Positions 1 to 9,150 of a stretch of 64,000 nt of DNA are shown one piece after another. Made by a program: the position numbers and the translations under genes. The stretch lies in NCBI GenBank assembly GCA_963742735.1, contig CAVUMN010000003.1, positions 480,001 to 544,000 of the forward strand, read 5' to 3'. Position 1 is the first letter of the stretch; each line of letters begins with the position of its first letter. The notes beneath the pieces are model-generated. The model saw only the letters and a program-made list of their open reading frames with translations, ran no database searches and was not told where the DNA came from. This stretch comes from an uncultured Actinomycetes bacterium. Lineage in GTDB: Bacteria; Actinomycetota; UBA4738; JBBDTT01.

Positions 1-680
1 GCGCGCGTGAACTCGTACGCGGCGGCCTCGCCGTCGGAGCGGAAGGTCCAGTAGCCCATCGGCAGGAACACGTCGTAGAGGCGCCCGAGGTCCTTGAACG
101 GGAATTCCGGCCAGTATCCGGGGCTGTAGTCGAGCAGGGGAGGGGGCAGCACGATGGCCCCCAGGGCGTACCCGGGGCCGACGGCCTCTCGAACCTTCCT
201 CGACAGGGCGATGGCGCGACGGCTGCGCTCCCAGTACTGCGGGACCCGGGTGGACTCGATGTCCATCCCGAACGAGTCGAACCGTTGTCCGGTCGAGGAG
301 CGGAAGCGGATCGCCGCCAGCGAGCGATGCAGGTCGAGGCCGAGGTCGGTGAACCCCGGCACGTACCAGGCTACGACCTTGATCCCTCGCGCATGGGCGG
401 CGTCCAGGAAGCGTCCGATGAGGCCGGGCCACATGACGGCCTCCGGCATCTGGTAGTTGGAGGTCTCGAGGAACAGCGTGCGGGTCCCCCGTGCCGCGAT
501 CCTCGCCACCGTCCCCTCGGGGTTCGCGAGCAGGGCGGGGTCGTACAGGTCCACCCACGCGCCGATCCCCTGATATGCGGACAGATCGGGCGCGGCGGCT
601 CCGGCGGGGGTTCCGCTCGGGAACGCGAGCGTGCCCAGCAACAGCGCGAGGACGAGGATCCCTCGGGGAACGGGGCGCAT
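1..680 (-). CDS. Secreted glycoside-hydrolase-like (TIM-barrel) protein, 3' end runs off the window
   Basis: Not in the ORF track; manual translation from ATG 680 gives MRPVPRGILVLALLLGTLA (signal peptide)...GAWVDLYD...AAHARGIKVVAWYVP...GMDIES...YDVFLPMGYW. Confidence 0.65.
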   Translation of the reverse strand, partial: MRPVPRGILVLALLLGTLAFPSGTPAGAAAPDLSAYQGIGAWVDLYDPALLANPEGTVARIAARGTRTLFLETSNYQMPEAVMWPGLIGRFLDAAHARGIKVVAWYVPGFTDLGLDLHRSLAAIRFRSSTGQRFDSFGMDIESTRVPQYWERSRRAIALSRKVREAVGPGYALGAIVLPPPLLDYSPGYWPEFPFKDLGRLYDVFLPMGYWTFRSDGEAAAYEFTR

Positions 681-729
681 CGTGGAACCATTTCGCTGCG
701 GGCGGGGCGAGTTCCTTTACCCTCCGCCC

Positions 730-1476
730 ATGCCGGTGGTCGTGGTCGGGGCGGGGGGCCTGATCGGACGCTCGCTCCTGCGGCGACTCGCCGAGGCGGG
801 CGGCGAGGTCCGCGCGCTGGTCGCCCGCGAGGACGAGATCGAGTCCGTCCGAGCCCTCGTCCCGAAGGTCGCCGCCGTCGATCTCGATGACGTCGAACAC
901 CTGGCGACCGTGTTCCACGACGCCCACACGGTGGTGCACCTGGGGAGCTCGGACGCGGTCGGTTGGGTGGCGGCCGCCGCCGGGGAGGCCAAGATCACTC
1001 GGCTGCTCGTCACCTCCTGGCCGGACTCGGGCCAGGTCGTGGATGCCGTCGAGGCGTCGTCGGTGCCGCAGCGCGTCGTGGTGCGCACGGCGCCCGTGTA
1101 CGGCCCCGGAATCTCCTGGCTCGAAGCGCTTCGCTCGCTGGCCCGGGCGCCGATCGCGCTCCTTCCCGTCGACCCGGACCTCCGCGTGGCGCCGGTCTTC
1201 TACGAGGACCTCGTGGCGGTGCTGGTGGCGGCCGACGATCGTGGAGGGCCGGTATCGGGGACCTTCGCCCTGGCCGGTCCCGACCTCGTGACGGTCGGAC
1301 AGCTGCTTTCCCGGGTGTCCGGCAGGAGGCGGCATCCCGTGCGCGTCGGATTCCGTCGGGGCCGGACGGGGCTCGAGACCGTCCTGGCGGCGCCGGTTCC
1401 GGAGGGGGTCGACGCGGCCGCCGAGTTCGGGGTGGAGCTCACGCCGCTCCGGGAGGGTCTCTCGCGCTCGGCGTGA
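730..1476 (+). CDS. NAD(P)-binding Rossmann-fold / epimerase-like protein
   Basis: N-terminal VVVGAGGLIG glycine motif; ATG 730 within ORF 631..1476. Confidence 0.75.
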   Translation: MPVVVVGAGGLIGRSLLRRLAEAGGEVRALVAREDEIESVRALVPKVAAVDLDDVEHLATVFHDAHTVVHLGSSDAVGWVAAAAGEAKITRLLVTSWPDSGQVVDAVEASSVPQRVVVRTAPVYGPGISWLEALRSLARAPIALLPVDPDLRVAPVFYEDLVAVLVAADDRGGPVSGTFALAGPDLVTVGQLLSRVSGRRRHPVRVGFRRGRTGLETVLAAPVPEGVDAAAEFGVELTPLREGLSRSA

Positions 1477-1561
1477 GGCTCGGACGCGCTCACGGGGTTC
1501 AACCTACGATTACGCGGCTTCAGTGGGCGCCGCACGCGATCGAGGAACGGGGAGGTTGCCG

Positions 1562-2341
1562 GTGGGCGAGTTCGTGAAGCTCGAGGTCTCGGACGGGGTC
1601 GGCACGATCCGACTCGACCGTCCGCCGATGAACGCGATCGACGGGGCCCTCACCGCCGACCTGGTCGCCGCCGCCCAGGAGGCCACCGAGCGGGACGACG
1701 TGGGCGCGGTGGTGCTGTGGGGCGGCGAGAAGGTGTTCGCCGCGGGCGCGGACATCAAGATGATGTCCGAGATGTCACCCGGGGAGGTCGCCCCCATGAT
1801 CACAGGCCTCCAGGAGGCGTTCCTGCAGGTGGAGCAGATCCCGAAGGTCACCATCGCCGCGCTCAACGGCTACGCGCTCGGGGGCGGGTGCGAGCTGGCG
1901 ATGTGCGCCGACCTCCGGTTCGCCGCGGAGGACGCGACGCTCGGGCAGCCGGAGATCCTGCTCGGGATCATCCCCGGCGCCGGCGGCACCCAGCGGCTTC
2001 CCCGGCTGGTTGGATTCTCGACGGCGAAGGAGATCATCTACTCGGGCCGATTCGTGAAGGCCTCGGAGGCGAAGGAGATCGGGCTCGTCGACCAGATCCA
2101 TCCGGCCGCGGAGGTCTACCCAAAGGCGGTGGAGGCCGCGAAGCGGTACGCGAAGGGCGCCCGCGTGGCGCTGCGGGCGGCGAAGCAGGCCATCAACCAC
2201 GGCACGAAGCTCCCGATCCCCGCGGGGCTGATCATCGAGCGCGAGGCGTTCATCGCCCTCTTCGCGTCGGAGGACCAGAAGGAAGGCATGCGGTCCTTCC
2301 TGGAGGACGGGCCGGGGAAGGCCGAGTTCAAGGGCCGCTGA
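1562..2341 (+). CDS. Enoyl-CoA hydratase/isomerase (EchA17-like)
   Basis: FAAGADIK, ALGGGCELA, GQPEILLGIIPGAGGTQRL motifs; GGGAGG RBS before GTG 1562. Confidence 0.92.
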   Translation: MGEFVKLEVSDGVGTIRLDRPPMNAIDGALTADLVAAAQEATERDDVGAVVLWGGEKVFAAGADIKMMSEMSPGEVAPMITGLQEAFLQVEQIPKVTIAALNGYALGGGCELAMCADLRFAAEDATLGQPEILLGIIPGAGGTQRLPRLVGFSTAKEIIYSGRFVKASEAKEIGLVDQIHPAAEVYPKAVEAAKRYAKGARVALRAAKQAINHGTKLPIPAGLIIEREAFIALFASEDQKEGMRSFLEDGPGKAEFKGR

Positions 2342-2353
2342 CGGCCGGGGCCC

Positions 2354-3280
2354 ATGGCGAACGCCGACGCACGCAAGTCCGAGATCGACCCGAAGACCGC
2401 CAACGTCCTGTACCACGACGCGGCCGCGCGCTCGTACGACGCGAAGTGGTCGATCTCGTTCGACGAGCGATGCATCGACTACGTGCGGGATCGCGCCGAG
2501 CGGATGCTGCCGAGGCCGCGCTACGGCGACGTCCTCGAGGTCGGCGCGGGCACGGGGTTCTTCCTGCTGAACCTGTGGCAGGCCGGGTTCGTGGAGCGGG
2601 CCCACGCCACCGACATCTCACCGGGGATGGTCGCCGCGGTCCTCGAGAACGCCCGCCGGCTGGGGTGCGACCTGCAGGCGAGGCCCGCCGACGCCGAGGG
2701 GCTTCCCTACCCGGACGCGTCGTTCGACCTGGTGGTCGGACACGCGTTCCTGCATCACCTCCCGGACCCGCAGGCGTTCCTGCGGGAGGCGTACCGGGTC
2801 CTTCGCCCGGGTGGGGCGGTTCTCGTCGCGGGAGAGCCGACGGTCATCGGGGATCGCCTGGCACGCGGAGCGGGTCGCGTGGTCAGCCACGCGTTCCGCC
2901 TGGTGGAGCGCGCCCGCCCCGGTCTGCGCAGGCGCCCGCCCCCCGCCGAGCCGGGCTCCGAGGACGACCGGATCCTCAGGGACCTGGAGTTCGAGGTCGA
3001 CCTTCACACGTTCGATCCCGCCTCGGCCGAGGCCTGGGCGCGCGACCTCGGGTTCGTGAACGTCCGCGCGGAGACCGAGGAGCTCCTGTCGAGCCTGTTC
3101 GGGTGGTCCGTCCGGACGTTCGAGTCCGAGGCCCGTCCCGGGCTGCTCGGCGAACGGTGGGCCTGGTTCGCCTACCGCAACTACCTGCGTCTGTACCGGC
3201 TGGACCTCGTCCTCGGCCGGGTTCTGCCGCGGCCGTGGTTCTACAACCTGCTGTTGTACGCGGAGCGCCCGGCGGAGTGA
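2354..3280 (+). CDS. Class I SAM-dependent methyltransferase (Rv3038c-like)
   Basis: ANVLYHD..A..YDAKWSISFDERCIDY N-terminus; LEVGAGTG motif I; FDLVVGHAFLHH. Confidence 0.88.
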   Translation: MANADARKSEIDPKTANVLYHDAAARSYDAKWSISFDERCIDYVRDRAERMLPRPRYGDVLEVGAGTGFFLLNLWQAGFVERAHATDISPGMVAAVLENARRLGCDLQARPADAEGLPYPDASFDLVVGHAFLHHLPDPQAFLREAYRVLRPGGAVLVAGEPTVIGDRLARGAGRVVSHAFRLVERARPGLRRRPPPAEPGSEDDRILRDLEFEVDLHTFDPASAEAWARDLGFVNVRAETEELLSSLFGWSVRTFESEARPGLLGERWAWFAYRNYLRLYRLDLVLGRVLPRPWFYNLLLYAERPAE

Positions 3281-3927
3281 CGCTGGTGGACGAGGCGGCT
3301 CGGACCACGGCGCACCCCGTGCCGGCCCCGGCGCCCCGGCGGGGATTCGTCCCACTGGTCCGGTTCCTGGTCCGCCACCGGATGGCCACCCCGAGGTACC
3401 TGCGGCTGTGGCTCCGCTACGTGTGGCGCTTCAAGGTGCGCAACCGGCACATCGTCACCCGGGGCATGGTCTTCGTCCATCCTCGCGCCGAGGTCTTCTG
3501 CCGGCGGGGCCTCGGACACATGGAGCTCGGGCGCTGGGTGTGGATCGGCGCGGGCAACGCACTGCGCTGCCACGAGGGCTTCTTCCGGGTGGGCGACAAG
3601 GTGGTGTTCGGCGCCAACAACACGCTGAACGGGTACCTGGACATCGACATCGGCGAGGACTGCATCTTCGCGGACTGGATCTACGTCACCGACTTCGACC
3701 ACAACTTCGCCGACCCGCTCGTCCCGATCCGGCGGCAGGGCATCGTGAAGTCCCCGGTTCGCATCGAGGCGGACTGCTGGATCGGCGAGAAAGCCTCGAT
3801 CCTGCGGGGGGTCACCGTCGGGAGGGGCTCGGTCGTCGGGGCCCAGACCGTGGTCAACCGCGACGTGCCGCCCCGATCGGTGGTGGTCGGCAACCCGGGG
3901 CGGGTGGTGAAGCGCCGCGGCAGGTGA
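3277..3927 (+). CDS. Hexapeptide-repeat acyltransferase (Rv3034c-like)
   Basis: Left-handed beta-helix repeats, DFDH, GIVKSPVRIEADCWIG, VVGNPGRVVK; GTG overlaps upstream TGA. Confidence 0.85.
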   Translation: MTLVDEAARTTAHPVPAPAPRRGFVPLVRFLVRHRMATPRYLRLWLRYVWRFKVRNRHIVTRGMVFVHPRAEVFCRRGLGHMELGRWVWIGAGNALRCHEGFFRVGDKVVFGANNTLNGYLDIDIGEDCIFADWIYVTDFDHNFADPLVPIRRQGIVKSPVRIEADCWIGEKASILRGVTVGRGSVVGAQTVVNRDVPPRSVVVGNPGRVVKRRGR

Positions 3928-3934
3928 CCTCCTG

Positions 3935-4415
3935 GTGCGCCCCATGGTCGGCGAGGACCGCGCGGCGGTGCGGGGCCTCCTCGAGCACCTGAACGAGCTC
4001 CAGGAGGACTGGCGGGTCTTCCCGCCAAGGAGCGGCTTCCTCGACGAGGTTCTGGAGGGCTACCGGCGGCAGGTCGCCGCCGGCGACGCCGTCCATCTGG
4101 TTGCGGAGTCGCGCGGCGAGGTCGAGGGCACCGCGTTCGCCAAGGAGCACGTCGTGTCGCGGTTCGCCGATTCCCGGGCCCTGGAGGTCTCGAGCGTGGT
4201 CGTGCGCGGATCACCGGCGCCGGGGGGTCGCCCGGGCCCTCCTGCGGGCGATCGCCGAGGAGGCGCGTCGGCGTGGGGTCACCCACCTGGACCTGGCGAC
4301 GTTCGTCCAGAACCACGGGGCCCTCGCGTTCTGGGAGTCGGTGGGGTTCACGCCCCGCTACCTGCAGCTGGTGGGGGACGTGCCCGAGCTCCTCCAGGGC
4401 CTCGGCTCGAACTGA
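3935..4415 (+). CDS. GNAT N-acetyltransferase, split by an apparent indel near 4205
   Basis: One frame gives ...ALEVSSVVVR, the other continues ADHRRRGVARALL...NHGALAFWESVGF (motif A and C-terminal GNAT motif). Confidence 0.75.
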
Positions 4416-4423
4416 CCCGGTCC

Positions 4424-4450
4424 GGGAATGAACCGGGCGAGGTGGGCGTT
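4424..4450 (+). promoter_or_regulatory. SigR/SigH-type ECF promoter
   Basis: GGGAAT at 4424-4429, then 18 nt, then GTT at 4448-4450; matches the GGAAT-N18-GTT consensus. Confidence 0.5.
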
Positions 4451-4508
4451 TCGTATGTCGCAGGGTACCCGGGCATGGGTTCCGGACCCCGAGGAGGTAC
4501 GAACCGCA

Positions 4509-4742
4509 ATGCGAGACGGAACGCGGTCGATGCGTGGGGAGCACGCCCACCCCCTGCCCAGGGCGAACCGGGTGTTCTCCTCCGGGCGGGTCTGCGCCGA
4601 GGAGGGCTGCGAGACACGTCTGTCGATCTACAACAAGTCCAAGCTGTGCTGGCAGCACGAGCCGCTGCGCTACGACGTCCTTCGCGGACGCAAGAAGAAG
4701 CGCCCGGACTACGGCAACCTGGATAGCCTGAGCGCCGCCTAG
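4509..4742 (+). CDS. Small putative zinc-finger protein (C-x4-C...C-x2-H) with basic tail
   Basis: RVCAEEGCETRLSIYNKSKLCWQH; GAGGAGG RBS at 4491-4497. Confidence 0.65.
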   Translation: MRDGTRSMRGEHAHPLPRANRVFSSGRVCAEEGCETRLSIYNKSKLCWQHEPLRYDVLRGRKKKRPDYGNLDSLSAA

Positions 4743-5980
4743 AAGCGCTGCTCGAAGACGGCGCGGAGCGGGGCGCGCTCGCGACGACGAACGTCCTCGA
4801 CGATCGCCCGCCGGTACGTTTCGGCCGTCCGTGTCGCAACCGCCGGCCACGAGTGACGTTCCGCCAGCAGGCTGTGCGCCTCCAGCGCGAGCCGGCGGGC
4901 GAGCCGCTCGTCGGTGAGGAGTCTGGTGGCGACCTCGGCCAGCGATCGGGCGTCTCCCGGCGTGAACCGCAGGCCGGTGATGTCGTGGGCGACGATCTCG
5001 CGCAGGCCCCCGGTGTCCGCGGCAATGACGGGCGAACCACAGGCCATCGTCTCGAGCGCGACCAGACCGAAGGGCTCGTACAGCGACGGGACGATGACCA
5101 GGTCGGCCGTACCGTACAGCTCGCGCAATCGCGCCTCGTCGACGAAGCCCTCGAATCGGATCTGGTCCGCGACCCCCAGCTCGAGCGCGCGCCGCTCGAG
5201 CTCCGCCCGGTGCGAGCCGGCGCCGGCCACGACGAATCGAACGCCCGGCACGTCCGCGTCGATCATGGGGAGCGCCTCCAGAACCGTCTGCACGCCCTTC
5301 TCGTACTCCAGACGGCCGGCGAACACGATCAGCGGTGCCCCCTCCGGCGCGAGCTCGGCCCGCACGGCCGGCGCCTCCGCTTCGGGAGCGAACCGGGTGA
5401 GGTCCACGCCGTTCAGGATCACCTCGACCTTGTCGGGAGGGAGCTCGAAGATCCGGGTGACCTCCTCACGCATGTACTCGGAGCACGTGATGACGCGGCC
5501 CGCCTCGAACGTCAGCCACCACTCCACCTGGTGGATCAGGGTCTGGAGGGGCCCGGGAAGCCGACCCTGATGCCGTCCGTACTCCGTGGCGTGCACCGTG
5601 GCCACCAGGGGGAGCGCGTGGAGGTCCTTGAGCGCCGCCGCGGCGTAGCCGACGAGCCAGTCGTGCGCGTGCAGCACGTCGGGGGGCCGGTCCCGCAGTT
5701 CGGCCTCGGCCCGATGGAGGAGGGCGACGTTGAATGCGAGCACCCACGGGACCAAGTCCTCGAACGCGATCCGGGGTGGGTACTCGTCGGCGCGGACGAC
5801 GCGAACCCCGTCGTCGTCCTCTTCGGCGGGGGCCTCGGGGTGCCCCCGGGTGTACACGGTGACGTCGTGCCCACCGGCGGCCAGCCCGTGGGCCAGGTGG
5901 TACACGTGCCGGGAGAGCCCGCCGACGATCGCCGGTGGGTACTCCCACGACAGAAGGGCGACGGACAGGGGAAGGGCCAG
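4739..5980 (-). CDS. GT4 glycosyltransferase (Rv3032-like alpha-1,4-glucosyltransferase)
   Basis: LSWEYPPAIVGGLSRHV N-terminus (upstream of the ORF-track start), HAHDW, GRLEYEKG, YEPFGLVALE; probable CTG start at 5980 after GGAGG. Confidence 0.88.
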   Translation of the reverse strand: MALPLSVALLSWEYPPAIVGGLSRHVYHLAHGLAAGGHDVTVYTRGHPEAPAEEDDDGVRVVRADEYPPRIAFEDLVPWVLAFNVALLHRAEAELRDRPPDVLHAHDWLVGYAAAALKDLHALPLVATVHATEYGRHQGRLPGPLQTLIHQVEWWLTFEAGRVITCSEYMREEVTRIFELPPDKVEVILNGVDLTRFAPEAEAPAVRAELAPEGAPLIVFAGRLEYEKGVQTVLEALPMIDADVPGVRFVVAGAGSHRAELERRALELGVADQIRFEGFVDEARLRELYGTADLVIVPSLYEPFGLVALETMACGSPVIAADTGGLREIVAHDITGLRFTPGDARSLAEVATRLLTDERLARRLALEAHSLLAERHSWPAVATRTAETYRRAIVEDVRRRERAPLRAVFEQRF

Positions 5981-6023
5981 GATTCCTCCAGACAGGTTCG
6001 GGCGTCGCCCGAGCCCTGGGATG

Positions 6024-6584
6024 CTATCCGGTGACCGAGATCGGCGCGACGGCGAAGCCGACCGTGAAGCGCCGGCACCAGACGACGACGCTGTGGAAGC
6101 GGGAGAGGTCCAGCCCGGCGGCGAGCTCGTAGTTCTGGTCGCCGACGTTGCCCTTCAGCGCACCGAGGTCCACGAACTCGGCGTCGTCCGCGTCGCCCCA
6201 GTCCTGATCCGGCCCCAGCACGGACAGGTAGACGACCAGGTCCGGACCGTTCGAGACCTCCAGGTCCTCGAAGCGCAGGTACCGGGTGCCGTCGGCGGTC
6301 TGCAGGACCAGCGCCCGTCCCTCGGCGTCGTGCTCCAGCGGCCGGAACGCCCCGCGCGAGAGGACGGAGGGCCCGGCGACGGCCGAGGGCGAGGACCCGG
6401 GCGGAGTGGAGGCGTCGGCCGAGACGGTGGCGACGGGCGGGGCCTCGTTCACGCGCTCGTCGACGAACAGCTTGTGGGGCTCGAACCACGCGAACCCGAG
6501 CACCACCACCGCCGCGCCGAACACGGCGCCGGCGCCGGTCAGGCGGGGGTGCGCCCGCATCCATCCCAGCAGCCGTCGGATCAT
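6024..6584 (-). CDS. DM13 domain membrane-anchored protein
   Basis: TM segment, then LF.D..VNE; LRFEDL..SNGPDLVVYLS, LGALKGNVGDQNY, VVVWCRRFTVGFAVA. Confidence 0.85.
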   Translation of the reverse strand: MIRRLLGWMRAHPRLTGAGAVFGAAVVVLGFAWFEPHKLFVDERVNEAPPVATVSADASTPPGSSPSAVAGPSVLSRGAFRPLEHDAEGRALVLQTADGTRYLRFEDLEVSNGPDLVVYLSVLGPDQDWGDADDAEFVDLGALKGNVGDQNYELAAGLDLSRFHSVVVWCRRFTVGFAVAPISVTG

Positions 6585-6604
6585 CGCCCCTCGATTCGCT
6601 CCCG

Positions 6605-6844
6605 TCACGACTTCGGTTCGGCCCCGCCGCGCGCGACGCGGACCCGCTCCACGATCGCGTGCGCCTCCTCGAGCCGTTTCCGGTCGACGAACAGCCGCAC
6701 CCCGAACTCCCAGATCTGGCTGAGGTACCCGGGCTCCTTGAACCACCACACGATCCCCGCCTCCTCGAGCCCTCCCGCGATCTCGTTGGCCGTCTCGCGG
6801 TCGAACTGACCGAGGTGGACGGTGCTGACTCGGTCGCCGCTCAC
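6605..6844 (-). CDS. Small hypothetical protein (DUF2007-like)
   Basis: ANEIAGGLEEAGI...VRLFVDRKRLEEAHAI pattern; GTGA overlap with upstream gene. Confidence 0.6.
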   Translation of the reverse strand: MSGDRVSTVHLGQFDRETANEIAGGLEEAGIVWWFKEPGYLSQIWEFGVRLFVDRKRLEEAHAIVERVRVARGGAEPKS

Positions 6845-7560
6845 GGCCGGCACACCGCCACGAGATCGAGCGAGCGCTCGACGCCGCGCCTCGACAGGCG
6901 GAAGTTCCCCTCCCGGACCGCCCAGACCAGCGCCCGGCCCGCCGGCGAGAGGCCCTCGTACCCGTGCTCGACCAGGGCCGCCGGCAGGGATCGGTCCGCG
7001 AGCACCTCGTGCGCCCTGAGGAGGCCGCGATGGTGCAGCCCGAGGATCCGAACGTCGCCGAACACGGTCCGCGCCAGCCCCTCCAGCTCGCCGGCGGTGA
7101 ACTCGTGGGCGTGGAAGGGGTTCCGAGGACCATCGGGTGAGAAGGTCGTGCGGTTGGGTGTGGACAGCAGCAGCACGCCGTCGGGCCGCAGCGCCCGCCG
7201 GCAGGCCGAGACGAACGCCTCCGCGCAGTACAGATGCTCCACGACCTGCAGTGCGACGACCGCGTCGAACGCGCCGTCGCGAACCGGAAGACGGCAGGCG
7301 TCGGCCACCGCCACGCGCAGGTTCGGATACCGGCGCGCCGCGTGGGCGGCCACGGCCGGCTCGTACTCGAGCGCCGTCACCGTCGCCCGTTTGGCGAGCG
7401 TCGCGCTCCCGTAGCCCTCACCGCATCCCACCTCGAGCACGCGTCCCTCGGCCAGGCGAGAGGCCAGGCGGTAGACGGCCGAGTGACGCCGGAACCAGTA
7501 GTTCTCCTCGGGAACGTCGGGGAGGGTGCGTTCGCCGGTCAGCTCGAGGGGATGCGCCAT
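6841..7560 (-). CDS. SAM-dependent methyltransferase (Rv3030-like)
   Basis: LELTGERTLPDVPEENYWFRRH signature, LEVGCGEGYG, LQVVEH, STPNRTTFSP, NPFH. Confidence 0.9.
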   Translation of the reverse strand: MAHPLELTGERTLPDVPEENYWFRRHSAVYRLASRLAEGRVLEVGCGEGYGSATLAKRATVTALEYEPAVAAHAARRYPNLRVAVADACRLPVRDGAFDAVVALQVVEHLYCAEAFVSACRRALRPDGVLLLSTPNRTTFSPDGPRNPFHAHEFTAGELEGLARTVFGDVRILGLHHRGLLRAHEVLADRSLPAALVEHGYEGLSPAGRALVWAVREGNFRLSRRGVERSLDLVAVCRP

Positions 7561-7767
7561 CGAAGGGGATTCAAGCACCCGGGGACGCGCGCAGGGGAAA
7601 AATCTCTCGATCGGAGGTTTACGGCGCGTTCGCCTGAGGGATAGGACTCGCCGGATTCGGTCGGCGCCGACCCGAGCCTGCCCTGCCCGCGGGCGGCGCG
7701 GTCGCGGGAGGGGTGAGGCAGAGACGCGAGGAGCCCCGCACGAGGCAACGCCTCGGCGCGCCCGCAT

Positions 7768-7799
7768 CCCATCCGACCCGGACGCCCATCCGACCCGGA
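7768..7799 (+). repeat. 15-bp direct repeat CCCATCCGACCCGGA x2 upstream of protease gene
   Basis: Copies at 7768-7782 and 7785-7799. Confidence 0.7.
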
Positions 7800-7829
7800 A
7801 ACCCGCCCGCCCGTTCGAAGGGAGCGTTC

Positions 7830-8993
7830 ATGTCTGCTCTGAAGGCGACATGCCTCGCGGTGGTCCTGCTGATGGGCCTCCTCCTCGCCGTGCCCGCCGC
7901 GACCGCCGCCCCCGCCGCCGAGTCGGAGTCGGCTCGCTACATCGTGGTGCTGAAGGGCGTACCCGGCGGGGCCGCCCGCGCCTCGTCCGATCACCAGGCC
8001 CGGTACGGCGTCCACGCCACTCGGGTCTATCGCCACGCACTGAACGCGTACGTGGCGGTGCTGAGCTCCAGCCAGGCCGCGGCCCTGCAGCGCGACTCCG
8101 GCGTCGCCTACCTGGAGCGCGACGGCGCGGTGCAGGCCTCGACGATCCAGACCGGGCCGCCGTGGGGCCTCGACCGCATCGACCAGCGGGCCCGGCCGAC
8201 CAACGGGACGTTCGTGTACACCAACACCGGAGCCGGCGTGACGGCGTACGTGATCGACACCGGCATCCGGTTCACACATTCCCAGTTCGGGGGCCGGGCG
8301 ACCAGCGGCTTCGACTCCGTCGACGGCGGGACGGCCGACGACTGCCACGGCCACGGCACGCACGTGGCCGGGACGATCGGCGGCTCCACCTACGGGGTGG
8401 CGAAGGGCGTGTCCCTGGTCGCGGTGCGGGTCCTGAATTGCTCGGGCTCGGGCGCGACGTCCGGGGTCATCGCCGGCGTCGACTGGGTGACCGGGAACCA
8501 CTCGGCCGGCCAGCCCGCCGTGGCCAACATGAGCCTGGGCGGGGGCGCGAGCAGCGCCCTGGACGCCGCCGTCCGCAACTCGATCGCCGACGGCGTGTCC
8601 TACGCCGTCGCCGCGGGGAACGGGAACATCCTCGGGTTCCAGGCCAACGCCTGTAACTCATCGCCGGCCCGGGTGGCCGAGGCCATGACGATCAGCGCGA
8701 CGGACTCGACCGATCGCAAGGCGTCCTGGGCCAACTTCGGGAACTGCGTGGACTGGTTCGCGCCGGGCGTGAGCATCCTGTCGGCCTGGTACACGAACGA
8801 CACCGCGACCAACACCATCAGCGGGACGTCGATGGCGACCCCGCACACCGTGGGGGTGGCCGCGCAGTACCTGCAGTCCAACCCGGGAGCGGCCCCGGCC
8901 GCCGTCCGGACGGCGCTCTACAACCTGACCACGAAGGGCGTGGTCACGTCGTCCAGCACCGCCAACAACCACCTGCTGTTCACCAACCTGTAG
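7830..8993 (+). CDS. Secreted S8 subtilisin-like serine protease (aqualysin/proteinase K type) with I9 propeptide, copy 1
   Basis: Signal peptide, [35 protein letters not shown] catalytic triad. Confidence 0.95.
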   Translation: MSALKATCLAVVLLMGLLLAVPAATAAPAAESESARYIVVLKGVPGGAARASSDHQARYGVHATRVYRHALNAYVAVLSSSQAAALQRDSGVAYLERDGAVQASTIQTGPPWGLDRIDQRARPTNGTFVYTNTGAGVTAYVIDTGIRFTHSQFGGRATSGFDSVDGGTADDCHGHGTHVAGTIGGSTYGVAKGVSLVAVRVLNCSGSGATSGVIAGVDWVTGNHSAGQPAVANMSLGGGASSALDAAVRNSIADGVSYAVAAGNGNILGFQANACNSSPARVAEAMTISATDSTDRKASWANFGNCVDWFAPGVSILSAWYTNDTATNTISGTSMATPHTVGVAAQYLQSNPGAAPAAVRTALYNLTTKGVVTSSSTANNHLLFTNL

Positions 8994-9004
8994 ACGCCGG
9001 GGAG

Positions 9005-9035
9005 GGAGGCGGGGCCCGTCGAGGGTCCCGCCTCC
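9005..9035 (+). terminator. GC-rich hairpin after protease 1
   Basis: GGAGGCGGGGCCC-gtcga-GGGTCCCGCCTCC. Confidence 0.65.
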
Positions 9036-9150
9036 GGCCCATCGAGCCCGCGCCCATTTCGACCGAAAAGGTGGGTGTGGACCTCTGGTCGGCGCCGCCC
9101 GTGGCGTCTATGCTTGCCGCCAACCCCTGCCCTTTTCGAAAGGACGTTCC

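Noticed and set aside
3924-4415. Split GNAT gene as phase variation
   Set aside because: The break is in a short GC dinucleotide run, consistent with the window-wide indel error pattern; it cannot be supported without reads.
7630-7830. Known riboswitch (c-di-AMP, ZTP) in the protease leader
   Set aside because: GC-rich stems are present, but the conserved core motifs of these families were not recognisable.
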